Assembly (NCBI GenBank): GCA_052173655.1
Contig: JBQMYD010000003.1
Location: forward strand, 71,206-135,205
Direction: 5' to 3'
Origin: Treponemataceae bacterium
GTDB lineage: Bacteria > Spirochaetota > Spirochaetia > Treponematales > Treponemataceae
Length of the DNA stretch: 64,000 nt
The notes under the pieces were generated by a model that searched no databases, was not told the DNA's origin, and saw nothing but the letters and a program-made list of their open reading frames with translations. Positions within the stretch are counted from its first letter, which is position 1. Each line of letters starts with the position of its first letter. Both the position numbers and the translations under genes were made by a program. Positions 1 through 10,292 of this stretch are shown here, piece after piece.

Positions 1-220
1 AGTAAAAATCCATTTTTTTTAAAGCTTTTTTTTGTGCTTGATCAAATGTTTTTCCACTTGCAGTAAATTCAAGCATTTCAAATAAAACTTGGTTATCATC
101 TTTTAAACTTTCATTTGCACTTTCAGCATTTAAAGCCATAAAAGACATTGAAAACATTAAGAGCGATAAAAAAAAGCAGACTTTCAATGTCTGCCCTTTT
201 ATTTTTTTATAGATATTCAT
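1..220 (-). CDS. 5' part of an exported hypothetical protein running off the left edge (partial)
   Basis: My own minus-strand translation from the ATG at 220-218 reads MNIYKKIKGQTLKVCFFLSLLMFSMSFMALNAESANESLKDDNQVLFEMLEFTASGKTFDQAQKKALKKMDFY and stays open to position 1. It has a basic n-region, a hydrophobic core and an ALNA-type cleavage site, which looks like a signal peptide. It is not in the ORF track because it is edge-truncated. Caveat: a terminator-like hairpin (176-194) lies inside codons 9-15. Confidence 0.4.
   Translation of the reverse strand, partial: MNIYKKIKGQTLKVCFFLSLLMFSMSFMALNAESANESLKDDNQVLFEMLEFTASGKTFDQAQKKALKKMDFY
166..194 (-). terminator. Putative intrinsic terminator downstream of thrS
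   Basis: GCAGAC (176-181) and GTCTGC (189-194) form a 6-bp stem with a 7-nt loop. On the minus strand the stem is followed directly by T8 (complement of the A-run 168-175). The stem is short. It also reads as a hairpin plus T-rich tract on the plus strand. Confidence 0.4.
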
Positions 221-285
221 TCAAAACGCATCTCCTTTATATCCTCAAATTAATTATATGTAGAAAATTCGTTTTTAGATTCTTT

Positions 286-2049
286 TTATAACTTTATAGA
301 ATGATTTTTTACATTATCCAAAATATATTCTTTAAATTCTTCCACACCCATCATCTGCGGTTGTTTCTCAGAATCAGCTCTAAATTTTACATTCACGCTT
401 CCGCTTTCCTGTTCCTTTGAACCGACAACCAAAATATAAGGAGTTTTATTTTCCGTACGTATCTGCTTAATTTTTGAATTAAGATTATCTTCATTTAGAT
501 AAGCATTTACACGCAAACCTGCCTGTGAAAGTTCATCCGCAACTTTTTCAGCATAATCTTTAAAATCCAATCCCACAGGAACAACTGCAACCTGCTCAAA
601 AGCAATCCAAGGCGGCATAAGACCTGCAAAATTTTCGATTAAAATACCAAGAAAACGCTCAATAGAGCCCAGTACTGCTCTATGAAGCATTACCGGATGA
701 TGTTTTTGATTATCTGAACCGACATAAGTTGCGTCTAAACGTTCTGCACTTGGCAACTGAAAATCTGCCTGAATCGTTCCGCACTGCCATTCACGTCCGA
801 GAGTATCGTAAAGTTTAAACTCAAGTTTAGGCCCATAAAAAGCACCTTCCCCATCTTGTACTTCATACTCAAGCCCCGCTTCTTTGCAGGCATCCGCTAA
901 AGCCTTTTCAGCCCTCTCCCAAGTTGCCAAATCACCAACATGATCTTCAGGCATTGTAGAAAATTTGACTACCAAATTATCAAAGCCAAAATCATGATAA
1001 CAACTTTTCAAAAGTTTACAAAACTTTGCAACCTCGCCGCTTACTTGCTCTTCAGTACAAATGATATGAGCGTCATCTTGAACAAAACCTCTTACCCTCA
1101 TAATTCCATGCAAAGTTCCGCTAGGTTCATTTCTTACATCGTGTCCAAATTCAGCAAGACGCAAAGGCAAATCCTTGTAAGAACGAGTTTTCGCTTTAAA
1201 AATTTCAATAGCACCCGGACAGTTCATCGGTTTTATAGCAAAAACTCTGTTTTCACTTTCCGTAATGAACATATTTTTTTGGTAATGTCCCCAATGTCCG
1301 CTACGTTCCCATAAAGAACGAGGCATAATTGCAGGAGTACAAACTTCTTTATACCCGTCGGCAACAGTCCGCTTTCTCATATAATCTTGAATTGTAACAT
1401 ACATAGACCAGCCATTAGGGTGCCAAAAAATTTGTCCCGGATTTTCAGGGTCTATATGGAATAAATCCATTTGAACGCCAAGTTTTCTATGCTCACGCTT
1501 TTCAGCTTCTTCAAGCATTTTTAAATAATCTTTCAGATCGTTAGGTTTTGCAAAACAATAGGCATAAACCCTGGTAAGTTGAGGACGCTGTACATCTCCA
1601 CGCCAATACGCACCTGCAATTTTTGCCAACTTAAAAGACTGCGCATTTATTTTATCGGTAGAAGGGACATGAGGCCCTCTGCACAAATCCATATATCCAT
1701 CTTGCTCATACGTAGAAATTACTTCATCTTCCGGCAAGTCTTGAATCAGCTCAATTTTATAAGGCTCATCTTTAAAAATTTCCAAAGCTTGAACCTTTGT
1801 AACCTCTTTACGAATAAACTGATGCTTTCCGTTAATAATACGACGCATTTCTTTTTCAATTTCTGCAAAATCATTTTCAGTTATTTTGTGATCTTCTGGA
1901 AAATCAAAATCATAGTAAAAACCGTTGTCAATAGCAGGCCCGATTGCAATTTTTGTTCCGGGGAACAAGTTTTTCACAGCTTCTGCCATTACGTGTGCAG
2001 CACTATGCCTGATTAAAGATAAATCTTGGGCTTCCTGTTTTTGAATCAT
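286..2049 (-). CDS. thrS: Threonyl-tRNA synthetase (short form without the N-terminal TGS domain)
   Basis: 587 aa. It begins at the editing-domain motif ([25 protein letters not shown]). Class II catalytic motifs are present ([41 protein letters not shown]), followed by a C-terminal anticodon-binding domain. A GGAAG Shine-Dalgarno sequence precedes the ATG at 2049, so the absence of a TGS domain looks genuine. Confidence 0.97.
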   Translation of the reverse strand: MIQKQEAQDLSLIRHSAAHVMAEAVKNLFPGTKIAIGPAIDNGFYYDFDFPEDHKITENDFAEIEKEMRRIINGKHQFIRKEVTKVQALEIFKDEPYKIELIQDLPEDEVISTYEQDGYMDLCRGPHVPSTDKINAQSFKLAKIAGAYWRGDVQRPQLTRVYAYCFAKPNDLKDYLKMLEEAEKREHRKLGVQMDLFHIDPENPGQIFWHPNGWSMYVTIQDYMRKRTVADGYKEVCTPAIMPRSLWERSGHWGHYQKNMFITESENRVFAIKPMNCPGAIEIFKAKTRSYKDLPLRLAEFGHDVRNEPSGTLHGIMRVRGFVQDDAHIICTEEQVSGEVAKFCKLLKSCYHDFGFDNLVVKFSTMPEDHVGDLATWERAEKALADACKEAGLEYEVQDGEGAFYGPKLEFKLYDTLGREWQCGTIQADFQLPSAERLDATYVGSDNQKHHPVMLHRAVLGSIERFLGILIENFAGLMPPWIAFEQVAVVPVGLDFKDYAEKVADELSQAGLRVNAYLNEDNLNSKIKQIRTENKTPYILVVGSKEQESGSVNVKFRADSEKQPQMMGVEEFKEYILDNVKNHSIKL

Positions 2050-2158
2050 AAAAACTTCCTTTTGCAGATATCGTCGGAACTTTATCCGAAATATTTTATA
2101 TTTTAAGTATACACAAAAAGCATTGTTGAATTCAAGTTTTTTTGCCGATAATCACAAT

Positions 2159-3574
2159 ATGGAGATGGATAAAGAATTAAATGGCAAACTTTTTTCCTCA
2201 TTTAACGAAAAATTAGACTGGTATAATTCCGTAGAATTGAAAAATATCCTTGGAAATTATAGAGAGCTTCATTCAATCGTGTCCAGTTTGATAAAAACAT
2301 TGATTTCAAAAGGAACCATAATTGAAGATCCGTATAAAATGGACAAAAAAATTACGGATATAGAACCTATCGAAAAAACTCCTTTTAACTCAAATGACAG
2401 AGCATCGGTACTCGGAAGGCGTCTTAGCAGCTATGAACTAACGCTGACTTTTATTTCGGACTGTCTTTCATTTACTACAAATGTACTGACGATGGAAAAA
2501 ATAAAAAAGCTTTTGGAATTCAACAAAAGTTTTGAATGGAATGCTTTTTCAACTTGCACTCAAAATGTAAACACAAGAGAATTGGCTGAAAGTTTAATCT
2601 CAATTCGACAGGGTTCCGATCTTTTAGCAATAAACTTGGTAAACAGCACACTTGAAATTTCCGGAAAAACCATTACAAAAATAAATGACGCTCTTAAACT
2701 TTTTGGAAATTTTCAGCGTGAAGCATACAAAATGGGTATTCGTAAAGACGTTCTTGAACATCCTAATTTTGATGAAAGTTTTACATCTTCAAAAGAGCTG
2801 ATGCTTAGTTCTATTGCAAAAATTTACGCTCAATTAAACAAAAAACAGCCTTTTTATAAAGAATTAGTTGAAGAGCTTATCGAAGAAACCATAGGAGAAG
2901 ATAGAGAGCAACGAATTAATGAAGTTTTTAAAAAGTTCGCTATTGCACAAAAATCCTCCGAAATAAATATGGTAAAAATCAATACCTTTGAAGTCCTTAC
3001 TGAAGCTTTAAAGATAATGGGAGCACTTGCTCCTCATTTGGAACAAGCGGTTTTCAAACTTGAAGCCAACTCTAAACTTTTAGAAACAACAAAACTGACA
3101 AAATGGCAAAAGTTTTTTCTAAAACTAAAAAGAGCATTGGGAATAAAGGAAAAACCGATCACATATAAGGTCGTAGTTACAGATCCTGTAAATCACACAA
3201 AAAGAAACGAATATATAAACTTTTCCGAGTTCATTCTAAAACTTGAAAAAAGAATAAAGTACTTTAATGTACTTTCGGCAGAAAAATCTCCTCTTTTTGC
3301 AAAAATAGAACAAATGGAAGAGGAACAAGTTTTTGAAATTTTGATAAATCTCTTATCCGAAAGTCAAAAATATCTTCTTTTTCTTGATGCTCTGGATGAA
3401 TTTTTTAAAAATACAGTCGATTCAAAACATCGCTCCGATGTAAAAGGAATTAAAATGGAAACAACGGGAATACAAAATACCGTTATTAAAGCTAATCAAA
3501 AGAGAGCAGAATATATTTCTGTAAGTGAAGAAAAAAAACAGATGGAGAAGCTTGGTATCGTAGAAGATATGTAA
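2159..3574 (+). CDS. Hypothetical protein (predicted all-alpha, no recognised domain)
   Basis: Long ORF. The track starts it at TTG 2123; the first ATG (MEMDKELNGK) is at 2159. It is K/E/L-rich and probably helical. I recognise no motif. It is divergent from thrS and upstream of carD. Confidence 0.6.
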   Translation: MEMDKELNGKLFSSFNEKLDWYNSVELKNILGNYRELHSIVSSLIKTLISKGTIIEDPYKMDKKITDIEPIEKTPFNSNDRASVLGRRLSSYELTLTFISDCLSFTTNVLTMEKIKKLLEFNKSFEWNAFSTCTQNVNTRELAESLISIRQGSDLLAINLVNSTLEISGKTITKINDALKLFGNFQREAYKMGIRKDVLEHPNFDESFTSSKELMLSSIAKIYAQLNKKQPFYKELVEELIEETIGEDREQRINEVFKKFAIAQKSSEINMVKINTFEVLTEALKIMGALAPHLEQAVFKLEANSKLLETTKLTKWQKFFLKLKRALGIKEKPITYKVVVTDPVNHTKRNEYINFSEFILKLEKRIKYFNVLSAEKSPLFAKIEQMEEEQVFEILINLLSESQKYLLFLDALDEFFKNTVDSKHRSDVKGIKMETTGIQNTVIKANQKRAEYISVSEEKKQMEKLGIVEDM

Positions 3575-3613
3575 TTATCAAGCATTTGTACAATTTTTAA
3601 TTTTTATGGTATA

Positions 3614-4258
3614 ATGGGAACAGTTATGAGTGATATTCAAACGGCGTATAAGTTAAATCAAAAAATAGTTTACCCAAGTCAAGGGGTTGGAACAATTACA
3701 GAAATAAAAGAAAAACAGTTTAAAGGCGAGTTGCGTCTTTACTATATCATTTTTCTTGAAGTATCCGGCATGACAATAATGATACCTGTAGATAAGGCTG
3801 ATGAATTGGGACTTAGGGCCATTGTCAGTGCACAAGAAGCCGAAGCTGCTATTGAAATGATGGGGCAAGACTATGAACCGGTAACAACAGACTGGAAATT
3901 ACGCTATCAAATGAACCTTGAATTACTTAAAAAAGGAAGTATTACGGATATAGCTTCAATCGTAAGATGCCTTTATCATCGCAGCAAGGTAAAAGAACTG
4001 CCGATTCTTGAAAGAAAACTTTACGATTCTGCAAAAAAACTTTTAGAAGATGAAATGGCCTTTTCCTTAGGAAAAACAACAAAAGAGATTGAAGCAATAA
4101 TTCACGCAAAACTTGAACCTGTCGGTATTCTCCATGCAAAACCTGTGGTCTTAGATGAAGAAGATGACTTAGACAGCGATGATGAAGAATTCATGGAAGA
4201 AGACAAACCTGCAGACGACGACAATGAAGAAGATGACTTTGACGAGGATGAAGATTAA
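3614..4258 (+). CDS. carD: CarD/CdnL-family RNA-polymerase-binding transcription factor with an acidic C-terminal tail
   Basis: The N-terminus (KIVYPSQGVGTITEI..YYIIFL) matches the CarD_CdnL_TRCF RNAP-interaction domain. The conserved carD-ispD-ispF synteny follows. The last ~40 residues are almost entirely D/E. The start may instead be the ATG at 3626. Confidence 0.85.
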   Translation: MGTVMSDIQTAYKLNQKIVYPSQGVGTITEIKEKQFKGELRLYYIIFLEVSGMTIMIPVDKADELGLRAIVSAQEAEAAIEMMGQDYEPVTTDWKLRYQMNLELLKKGSITDIASIVRCLYHRSKVKELPILERKLYDSAKKLLEDEMAFSLGKTTKEIEAIIHAKLEPVGILHAKPVVLDEEDDLDSDDEEFMEEDKPADDDNEEDDFDEDED

Positions 4259-4269
4259 AATTTGTAAAA

Positions 4270-5505
4270 ATGAATTATAGTTTAGTAATAGCTGCAAGCG
4301 GAAATTCAACAAGAATGAATATAGGTAAAAAAAAAGAATTTTTACCTCTTATTTCTCCTAACTTTCCGAATGAAAAAGCTTCGACCGTACTTTCTTGTGC
4401 AGCCGAAGCTTTTTTGTTAACAGCAAAAAAAGAACCTTTGTATAAATTAAAATCCATAGTAGTAGCTTGCAACGAATGTGAACAAGCAAAAACCGCTTTA
4501 TTCTCAAATTCGAAAATAAAAGAACTTTTGGAAGAAAATAAAACTCAAGTTTATTTTGTGGACGGAGGAAAAACAAGACAACTTTCTGTAAAAAATGCTA
4601 TGGAAGTTTTAAAAAAAACAAATCCTCCGGAATTTGTTGCAATTCACGATGGTGCAAGACCTTGGGTTGATGAGCGGACAGTTTCAGATTGTCTTGAGGC
4701 TGCAAAAAAAAATAAAGCAGCAGCTCCTATTATCGATGTTGTAGATACAATAAAAGAAATTGACAGTGAAAATACGCTTATAAAAAAACACCTAAAAAGA
4801 AACGAACTTGGAGCAATCCAAACTCCACAAGTTTTTGATTTTGAACTTTTACTTAAAGCACATAACAAAGCTTTAAAAGACGAACTCAATTTTACAGATG
4901 ACACGGAACTTTGGGCTCATTATATTGAATATCCGGTATCTTATGTTAGAGGTAATATCGAAAATAAAAAAATTACTTATAAAGACGATGTTGACCTATC
5001 CTATAAAAACAAATCCTTTGAGGAGCAAAAATTGATAAAAATCGGATTGGGCTATGATTTACATCCTTTAGTTGCAGGTCGTCCTTTAATATTGGGCGGT
5101 GTAGAAATACCGAGTAACTTGGGAGAATACGGACATTCAGATGGTGATGTTCTTTTACATGCACTTTGTGATGCAATTTTAGGTGCTGCAGGAATAGGAG
5201 ATATAGGGGAATTTTTTCCGCCTTCAGATCCTAAATGGAAAAATGCAGACTCAAAAGAACTTTTAAAACAATGTATGCAAAAAGTAAAAGACGCAGGCTG
5301 GAATATCGTAAATATAGACTGCGTAATAAATATAGAATCTCCAAAAATTTTACCTTATCGTAATCAAATAATCCAATCCATCGCATCAATTTTATGTATA
5401 GAAAAAACAAATATTTTTGTAAAAGCAAAAACCGGAGAAAAACTCGGAGATATAGGTCAAAAAAAAGCTGTCGCCGTTTGGGCAACAGCCTTACTTCAAA
5501 ATTAA
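4270..5505 (+). CDS. ispDF: Bifunctional IspD/IspF (MEP cytidylyltransferase / MEcPP synthase)
   Basis: The N-terminal half is IspD-like (VIAASGNSTRM, IHDGARPW, QTPQVF). The C-terminal half is IspF-like (IGLGYDLH, GHSDGDVLLHALCDAILGA..GDIGEFFP). Confidence 0.92.
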   Translation: MNYSLVIAASGNSTRMNIGKKKEFLPLISPNFPNEKASTVLSCAAEAFLLTAKKEPLYKLKSIVVACNECEQAKTALFSNSKIKELLEENKTQVYFVDGGKTRQLSVKNAMEVLKKTNPPEFVAIHDGARPWVDERTVSDCLEAAKKNKAAAPIIDVVDTIKEIDSENTLIKKHLKRNELGAIQTPQVFDFELLLKAHNKALKDELNFTDDTELWAHYIEYPVSYVRGNIENKKITYKDDVDLSYKNKSFEEQKLIKIGLGYDLHPLVAGRPLILGGVEIPSNLGEYGHSDGDVLLHALCDAILGAAGIGDIGEFFPPSDPKWKNADSKELLKQCMQKVKDAGWNIVNIDCVINIESPKILPYRNQIIQSIASILCIEKTNIFVKAKTGEKLGDIGQKKAVAVWATALLQN

Positions 5506-5515
5506 AAACTTAAAA

Positions 5516-8500
5516 TTAATTACCGGGAGTAGCAAGTATAAGTTCTACCTCTCCAAGAGAAATATGCAAACGATTTGCTATCTGGTTTGGAGTCCAACCT
5601 TGTCTTGAAAGTGCTTGGATATTTTCTCTAGTGGAAAGACTTGGAGCTCCACTTTGACTGGAAGAATTTGAAGGAGTAGCCTTTGTTATTTCTCTCAAAG
5701 CCCTGATATGTTTTGTAGCTTCGTTATTTACTTCATTTAAACGAGTTTCAGTTCTTGCAAGCCATTCATTACTAGTTTTAAGATCCTTCATTCTATTTTC
5801 TGTAGTCGATAAAATTTCATCCAAAGATTCAAGCTTATCTAAAGTAGCTCGTATTCTAGGTGTTTTTTCCATAAGAGCATCAACGTCGTGTTTTAACATT
5901 GAAATGTGTTCGGGAAAAGAAGCACTTTCCTTTTCACAAGATTCCAACCTTTTTTCAACTTCACGCAAGGAATCAAATGCCTTGTCTACGCTAATAACAG
6001 TCTTGTCGATAATGACATTTTTCCGCTCAAGAATATCATATCTGTCAGAAATTTCATTAAGAGTTTCAAGGAACTTTTGAACTTCAAAATGCAAAGACTG
6101 AACATTAGAATTTGTTTCTTCAAGCTCTTTGATTTTTACTTCCATCTTTTCACTTAAATCAAGAAGTTTTTTAAAATCTTTTTCCATTTCGTCTATATGC
6201 TGTTTTTCTTTTGCAAATTCCGTTGCTTTTCGGTTTATATCTTCTTCACCTGTGCGTATAAGCTCAAATTGATGTTTTATATCGTCGATTGTAGATTTAA
6301 AGCTTTCAATTCGATTTATTTCACCGTGAATTTCATTAATTTTTCCGGTCAATTCATTTGTCAACTGATCCGCTTTGTCAAACACCTGAGTCTGATTGAT
6401 AAAATTTTTGATTCGCTTATCCATATCGTCCATAAGCTCATACATTTTTGTTCCATCACTTTGAATTTTAAGGATAATCTCTTCCTGTGCAGCTTCATTT
6501 TTTTCTTTGATTTCTTGAACAAAAAGCCTTTCTTCCCTAAGTCGTTGCTCTATTTCAGCTCCCTGTTCTCTGATATTTTTTTGAGTTTGCATTAACATTT
6601 CGCTGTAATTTGATTTGAACGTTTCCATCATGCTGTTTGAGGTTTCTTCAAATCTCTCAACCGTTTCATGAGTTTTTTGAGAAAGACTTTCTATTTCATC
6701 CGATAAATTATTCTTCTCCTCATTTGACTTTTCCATAAAAGAATTAAAATCAATTTCAAAGTAATTTTTTGTCTGTTCTATTTTATCATTTACAGTGGCA
6801 TCCAGGTTTTCCAGTTTTTGAATAAACAAACCGTTTGCATCATTAAATTGTGAATTGATACGCTCTTTCCATGCTTCAAAATCAGCTCTTAAAGATTCCA
6901 AATCATTACCGGTTTTATCTTTGCAAACTTCTACATTATTGGAAATTAAACCGATATTGTTATCGATTTCTTTTTCAAAAAGGGAAACTTGTTTTTTTAT
7001 TTGCTCGATATATTCCTGATATTCATTTTGAAGATACTCCGAAGCATTTTTTTGTGCATTTATTAACGAACGCTGATAAGATTCTGTAAAACGCTTAATT
7101 TCTTCTGAAAATTCCTTACCTTTTGCAGAAAGCAATTCATCATTAGCAGCAAAATCTTTTTGAATTCGAGCAAACTGCTCGCTGACGATCTTTTCCATTG
7201 CGTCAATTTTTAAATCAAGCTGCTTAGAATAAGAATCTTCAAGACTTAAACGCTTATCATTATAGGATTTTTTGAATTCCTCAAGACGATTATCAAAATC
7301 GGTTTTCCATTCTTCTACGCTAAGATTAAGACTGTTTCGTCTTTTTTCCAAATCTTTGAAAAAGTTTTCTTCAAACTCGTTAAATTTATCGACAACATTA
7401 TCGTAAGCCTTCTTTTTGAGTTCATTCAGCTCGCCTTCAAGACTTTTCATTTTAAACAAAGTTTCATCCGTGCGAACCCCAAGTTCACTTTGAAAATCTG
7501 CATTATGCTTTTGTTGCTGTTTTGTAAATACATCGAATTCTGTTTTTATGCGGTTTTCCACTTCAGACATAGCTTGACGTAAAGAAATTTCCAAAGCATC
7601 GATATCTTGAATGGATTTTTCATAACGCTCAAACCTGTAAAGTATATCGGATTTGAAAGTTTCAAATTTGCCGGCAGCTTCATCAAAAACTTTGCTGCTT
7701 TCCTTATCATAATTTTCTTCAAATTGCTTGAGAGAATTGTTAGTATTTTCAACAATTTCATTAAATTTTGACTTTGCAGTACTTTCAAATTGCTCGATTT
7801 TTAAATACAAATCTTCGCCTGTTTTTACAATCTTTGAATCAAGCTTTTCATTTGTCTGATCGATTTTTTTATTGAAAACCCCGGACGACTGCTCAATCTT
7901 GTTGTCAAGATCATCATTGACTTGACTGATTTTATCGTCAAGAATTTGTGCAATTTTTGTTATTTTGTCATTCAAGTCGTTGTTACAAGAATTCAAATCA
8001 GCTTCCACTGAACTACCTAACTGCCCAACTTTATCATACAGCGAATTTTCTATCCTATTTATGCTGTCTTGACTATCCTGCTCAAGTTTTGAAATATGAC
8101 TTTGCATCATTTGAGAAACTTCATCAAACTTATCTGAAAAATGGGTTTTGGAGTTTTCAAATTGATTATGAAAGCTATTATCCGATTCAGTGAATTTTTC
8201 GTTAAAATTTTGTACCATTGAGTCGAACTTGTTTGAAAGATCACCTGAAGTATCATCAAATTTTGAATTAAACATTTCCAGCATGTTATCTATTCTTGAA
8301 TTTAAATCGTTACTCAAATTTTCTTCAGCATCGATGAATTTTGAAGTCAAATCTTGTTTCATAGTTTCAAGATGATTTGATAATTCGTAATTGGCATTTC
8401 CGAATTGCAAATTTAGGTCTTTAGACATCCTATCAAGGCGAGAATTAAATTCTGTTTCAGCAGTAACAAACTGATTCTCCAAAGCTGATTCCAGCTCTCC

Positions 8501-9514
8501 TTGCACTTCATCAAATTTATTTTTTAACTGCTGTTCAATTTGCAAACAATTATTTGAAAACTTACCGGTATATTCTTGCATAAAACCATCAAGACGAGTT
8601 GAACAAAGCCCCTGCAAAGAATCAAGTTTTTCATTTGAACCTGTCAACTCTTCCGAAATTTCTTTAGAAAGTCGCAATGTTTCCGAATGTGAAGTTTTTA
8701 TTTCATCCTGAACAGATGTAAGCTGAACTTTCATTGCATCGTTTATTTGCTCATAACTTGCTTTAAGTGCATTAGAATACTGTGCCATACGATTGTCAGC
8801 TTTTTCTTTTAACTGCATAAAACTTGATTGCTCAAAATTTTCGGCTTTTTCTTGAGCATTTGCAAAAGCAGTCTCAAAAGACCGGTTAATTTGTTCAAGA
8901 ATTTGCTCATTTTTATTTACGGCACTAATTGTAGATTCTTCAATTTCTTTTCGTTTTGAATCAAAATCTGCAAGAATATTCCCTTGTGCAGCATCAAGCA
9001 TTTTTTCATTATTTTCTGCAAAATTCTTTTCAATTTCCGGAATTCTTTTTTCAAGATGATCAATATATTTTTTGTGATCTTTTAATTTTGAATCAAGTTT
9101 ACCTATGTAAGACGAATCTTTTTTTATGGCATCCAAATTACTTTCAACGGCAGCAGACATTTCGCTCAGCTCTTGAATCTTGCTTTCGTATTTTTCAAGC
9201 TCTTTATTTATTCGTTCTATTACTTTAAATTTATCTTCGATTAGTTTGGATTTTTCGGAAAATTCTTCAAAAATACGCTCCAATCGTAAAACCTCTGCAT
9301 TGACAAGCTCCGATTGTACTTTAAGTTCGTAAGATTTTGAGTTTAAATTTTCCTGAGATTGATTAAAATATTCTTCAAACTCTTTTTTATATTTTTCGGT
9401 AAATTTTTTTAGCTTTTCCAATGAGTTATTTTTCTTGTCGTAAAACTTAAAAAAAACAACAAGAGCCGCACTGAAAACCACTGAAAATATCACAGAGACT
9501 GTTACTTGTATCAT
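5516..9514 (-). CDS. Membrane-anchored giant coiled-coil protein with a C-terminal helix-turn-helix-like segment
   Basis: The track ORF starts at TTG 9526; the ATG at 9514 is preceded by a GGTGGA Shine-Dalgarno sequence. There is one N-terminal TM helix (IQVTVSVIFSVVFSAALVVFFKF). About 1250 aa of E/K/N/D/S/L-rich heptad or 11-mer-like sequence follow. The last ~40 aa (RENIQALSRQGWTPNQIANRLHISLGEVELIL) fit an HTH pattern. Confidence 0.75.
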   Translation of the reverse strand: MIQVTVSVIFSVVFSAALVVFFKFYDKKNNSLEKLKKFTEKYKKEFEEYFNQSQENLNSKSYELKVQSELVNAEVLRLERIFEEFSEKSKLIEDKFKVIERINKELEKYESKIQELSEMSAAVESNLDAIKKDSSYIGKLDSKLKDHKKYIDHLEKRIPEIEKNFAENNEKMLDAAQGNILADFDSKRKEIEESTISAVNKNEQILEQINRSFETAFANAQEKAENFEQSSFMQLKEKADNRMAQYSNALKASYEQINDAMKVQLTSVQDEIKTSHSETLRLSKEISEELTGSNEKLDSLQGLCSTRLDGFMQEYTGKFSNNCLQIEQQLKNKFDEVQGELESALENQFVTAETEFNSRLDRMSKDLNLQFGNANYELSNHLETMKQDLTSKFIDAEENLSNDLNSRIDNMLEMFNSKFDDTSGDLSNKFDSMVQNFNEKFTESDNSFHNQFENSKTHFSDKFDEVSQMMQSHISKLEQDSQDSINRIENSLYDKVGQLGSSVEADLNSCNNDLNDKITKIAQILDDKISQVNDDLDNKIEQSSGVFNKKIDQTNEKLDSKIVKTGEDLYLKIEQFESTAKSKFNEIVENTNNSLKQFEENYDKESSKVFDEAAGKFETFKSDILYRFERYEKSIQDIDALEISLRQAMSEVENRIKTEFDVFTKQQQKHNADFQSELGVRTDETLFKMKSLEGELNELKKKAYDNVVDKFNEFEENFFKDLEKRRNSLNLSVEEWKTDFDNRLEEFKKSYNDKRLSLEDSYSKQLDLKIDAMEKIVSEQFARIQKDFAANDELLSAKGKEFSEEIKRFTESYQRSLINAQKNASEYLQNEYQEYIEQIKKQVSLFEKEIDNNIGLISNNVEVCKDKTGNDLESLRADFEAWKERINSQFNDANGLFIQKLENLDATVNDKIEQTKNYFEIDFNSFMEKSNEEKNNLSDEIESLSQKTHETVERFEETSNSMMETFKSNYSEMLMQTQKNIREQGAEIEQRLREERLFVQEIKEKNEAAQEEIILKIQSDGTKMYELMDDMDKRIKNFINQTQVFDKADQLTNELTGKINEIHGEINRIESFKSTIDDIKHQFELIRTGEEDINRKATEFAKEKQHIDEMEKDFKKLLDLSEKMEVKIKELEETNSNVQSLHFEVQKFLETLNEISDRYDILERKNVIIDKTVISVDKAFDSLREVEKRLESCEKESASFPEHISMLKHDVDALMEKTPRIRATLDKLESLDEILSTTENRMKDLKTSNEWLARTETRLNEVNNEATKHIRALREITKATPSNSSSQSGAPSLSTRENIQALSRQGWTPNQIANRLHISLGEVELILATPGN

Positions 9515-9541
9515 TTTTCCACCCAAAAAACTATTAGGGCT

Positions 9542-10213
9542 TTATTTTAACACAATTTCGTTTAATTTGCGATAGTTCTTAAAGCAAATATCAGCATTTT
9601 TTGGTCTAATATTAAATATTTTATAAAATCCGGTTTGAATAAACGCCGTTTTCATACCGGACTTGCAAGCTCCTTCTATATCAGCTTTTACACTGTTACC
9701 AACATACAAAATTTTATTAAAAGGAACTCCTAAAGCCAGCTGAAGCTGCCCAAAAGCGTAGATTGAAGGTTTTAATGCCCCCACAGCCTCAGAGCCCATT
9801 ATTACATCACAATATTTTGCAAGCCCCCAAATATCGCCTTTTTGTTCCGGAGGAAAATCTGAAAGAAGCCCTATTTTTAATCCGGCATTTTTACAATTTT
9901 TTATAAAATCTTCAACAAAAGGATACGGTTTTATTTTTTTAAAATAAGGTTTCATACCGTCATAAACAATATCATTTATCAGTTTTTTTGCATTTTCCTT
10001 TGCCCAAGGCATGTGTTCAGTTAAAAGTCTTGCCTGATATTCGTAAAAATCAGCCAAAGGTGCTGTGCGGTGTAAAACTTTACGAGCTTTGTTATAGCCG
10101 GCAAAAAACGAAAAATTGCTAAAAAAATAAGTAGCTATTTTTGAATAAAATTTTGCACTCGAATAGAGAGTTCCGTCAATATCAAATGCTATGGCTTCAA
10201 TTTCATTAATCAT
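9542..10213 (-). CDS. HAD-superfamily hydrolase
   Basis: Carries the HAD motif I DxDGT (AFDIDGTLY), motif II (LLSDF) and motif IV (YVGNSVKADIEGA). Confidence 0.85.
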   Translation of the reverse strand: MINEIEAIAFDIDGTLYSSAKFYSKIATYFFSNFSFFAGYNKARKVLHRTAPLADFYEYQARLLTEHMPWAKENAKKLINDIVYDGMKPYFKKIKPYPFVEDFIKNCKNAGLKIGLLSDFPPEQKGDIWGLAKYCDVIMGSEAVGALKPSIYAFGQLQLALGVPFNKILYVGNSVKADIEGACKSGMKTAFIQTGFYKIFNIRPKNADICFKNYRKLNEIVLK

Positions 10214-10292
10214 TTATTTTGTCCGATTAAAATTATTTTAGGTAATTAGGCATTGTATCATAAATTACAAAAAGTGTGTAACTTATTTAAAA

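Noticed and set aside
2050-2122. A possible T-box or other leader upstream of thrS.
   Set aside because: Only about 70-110 nt are available, far too short for a T-box (around 200 nt or more). I saw no specifier or T-box sequence. This is simply a divergent promoter region.
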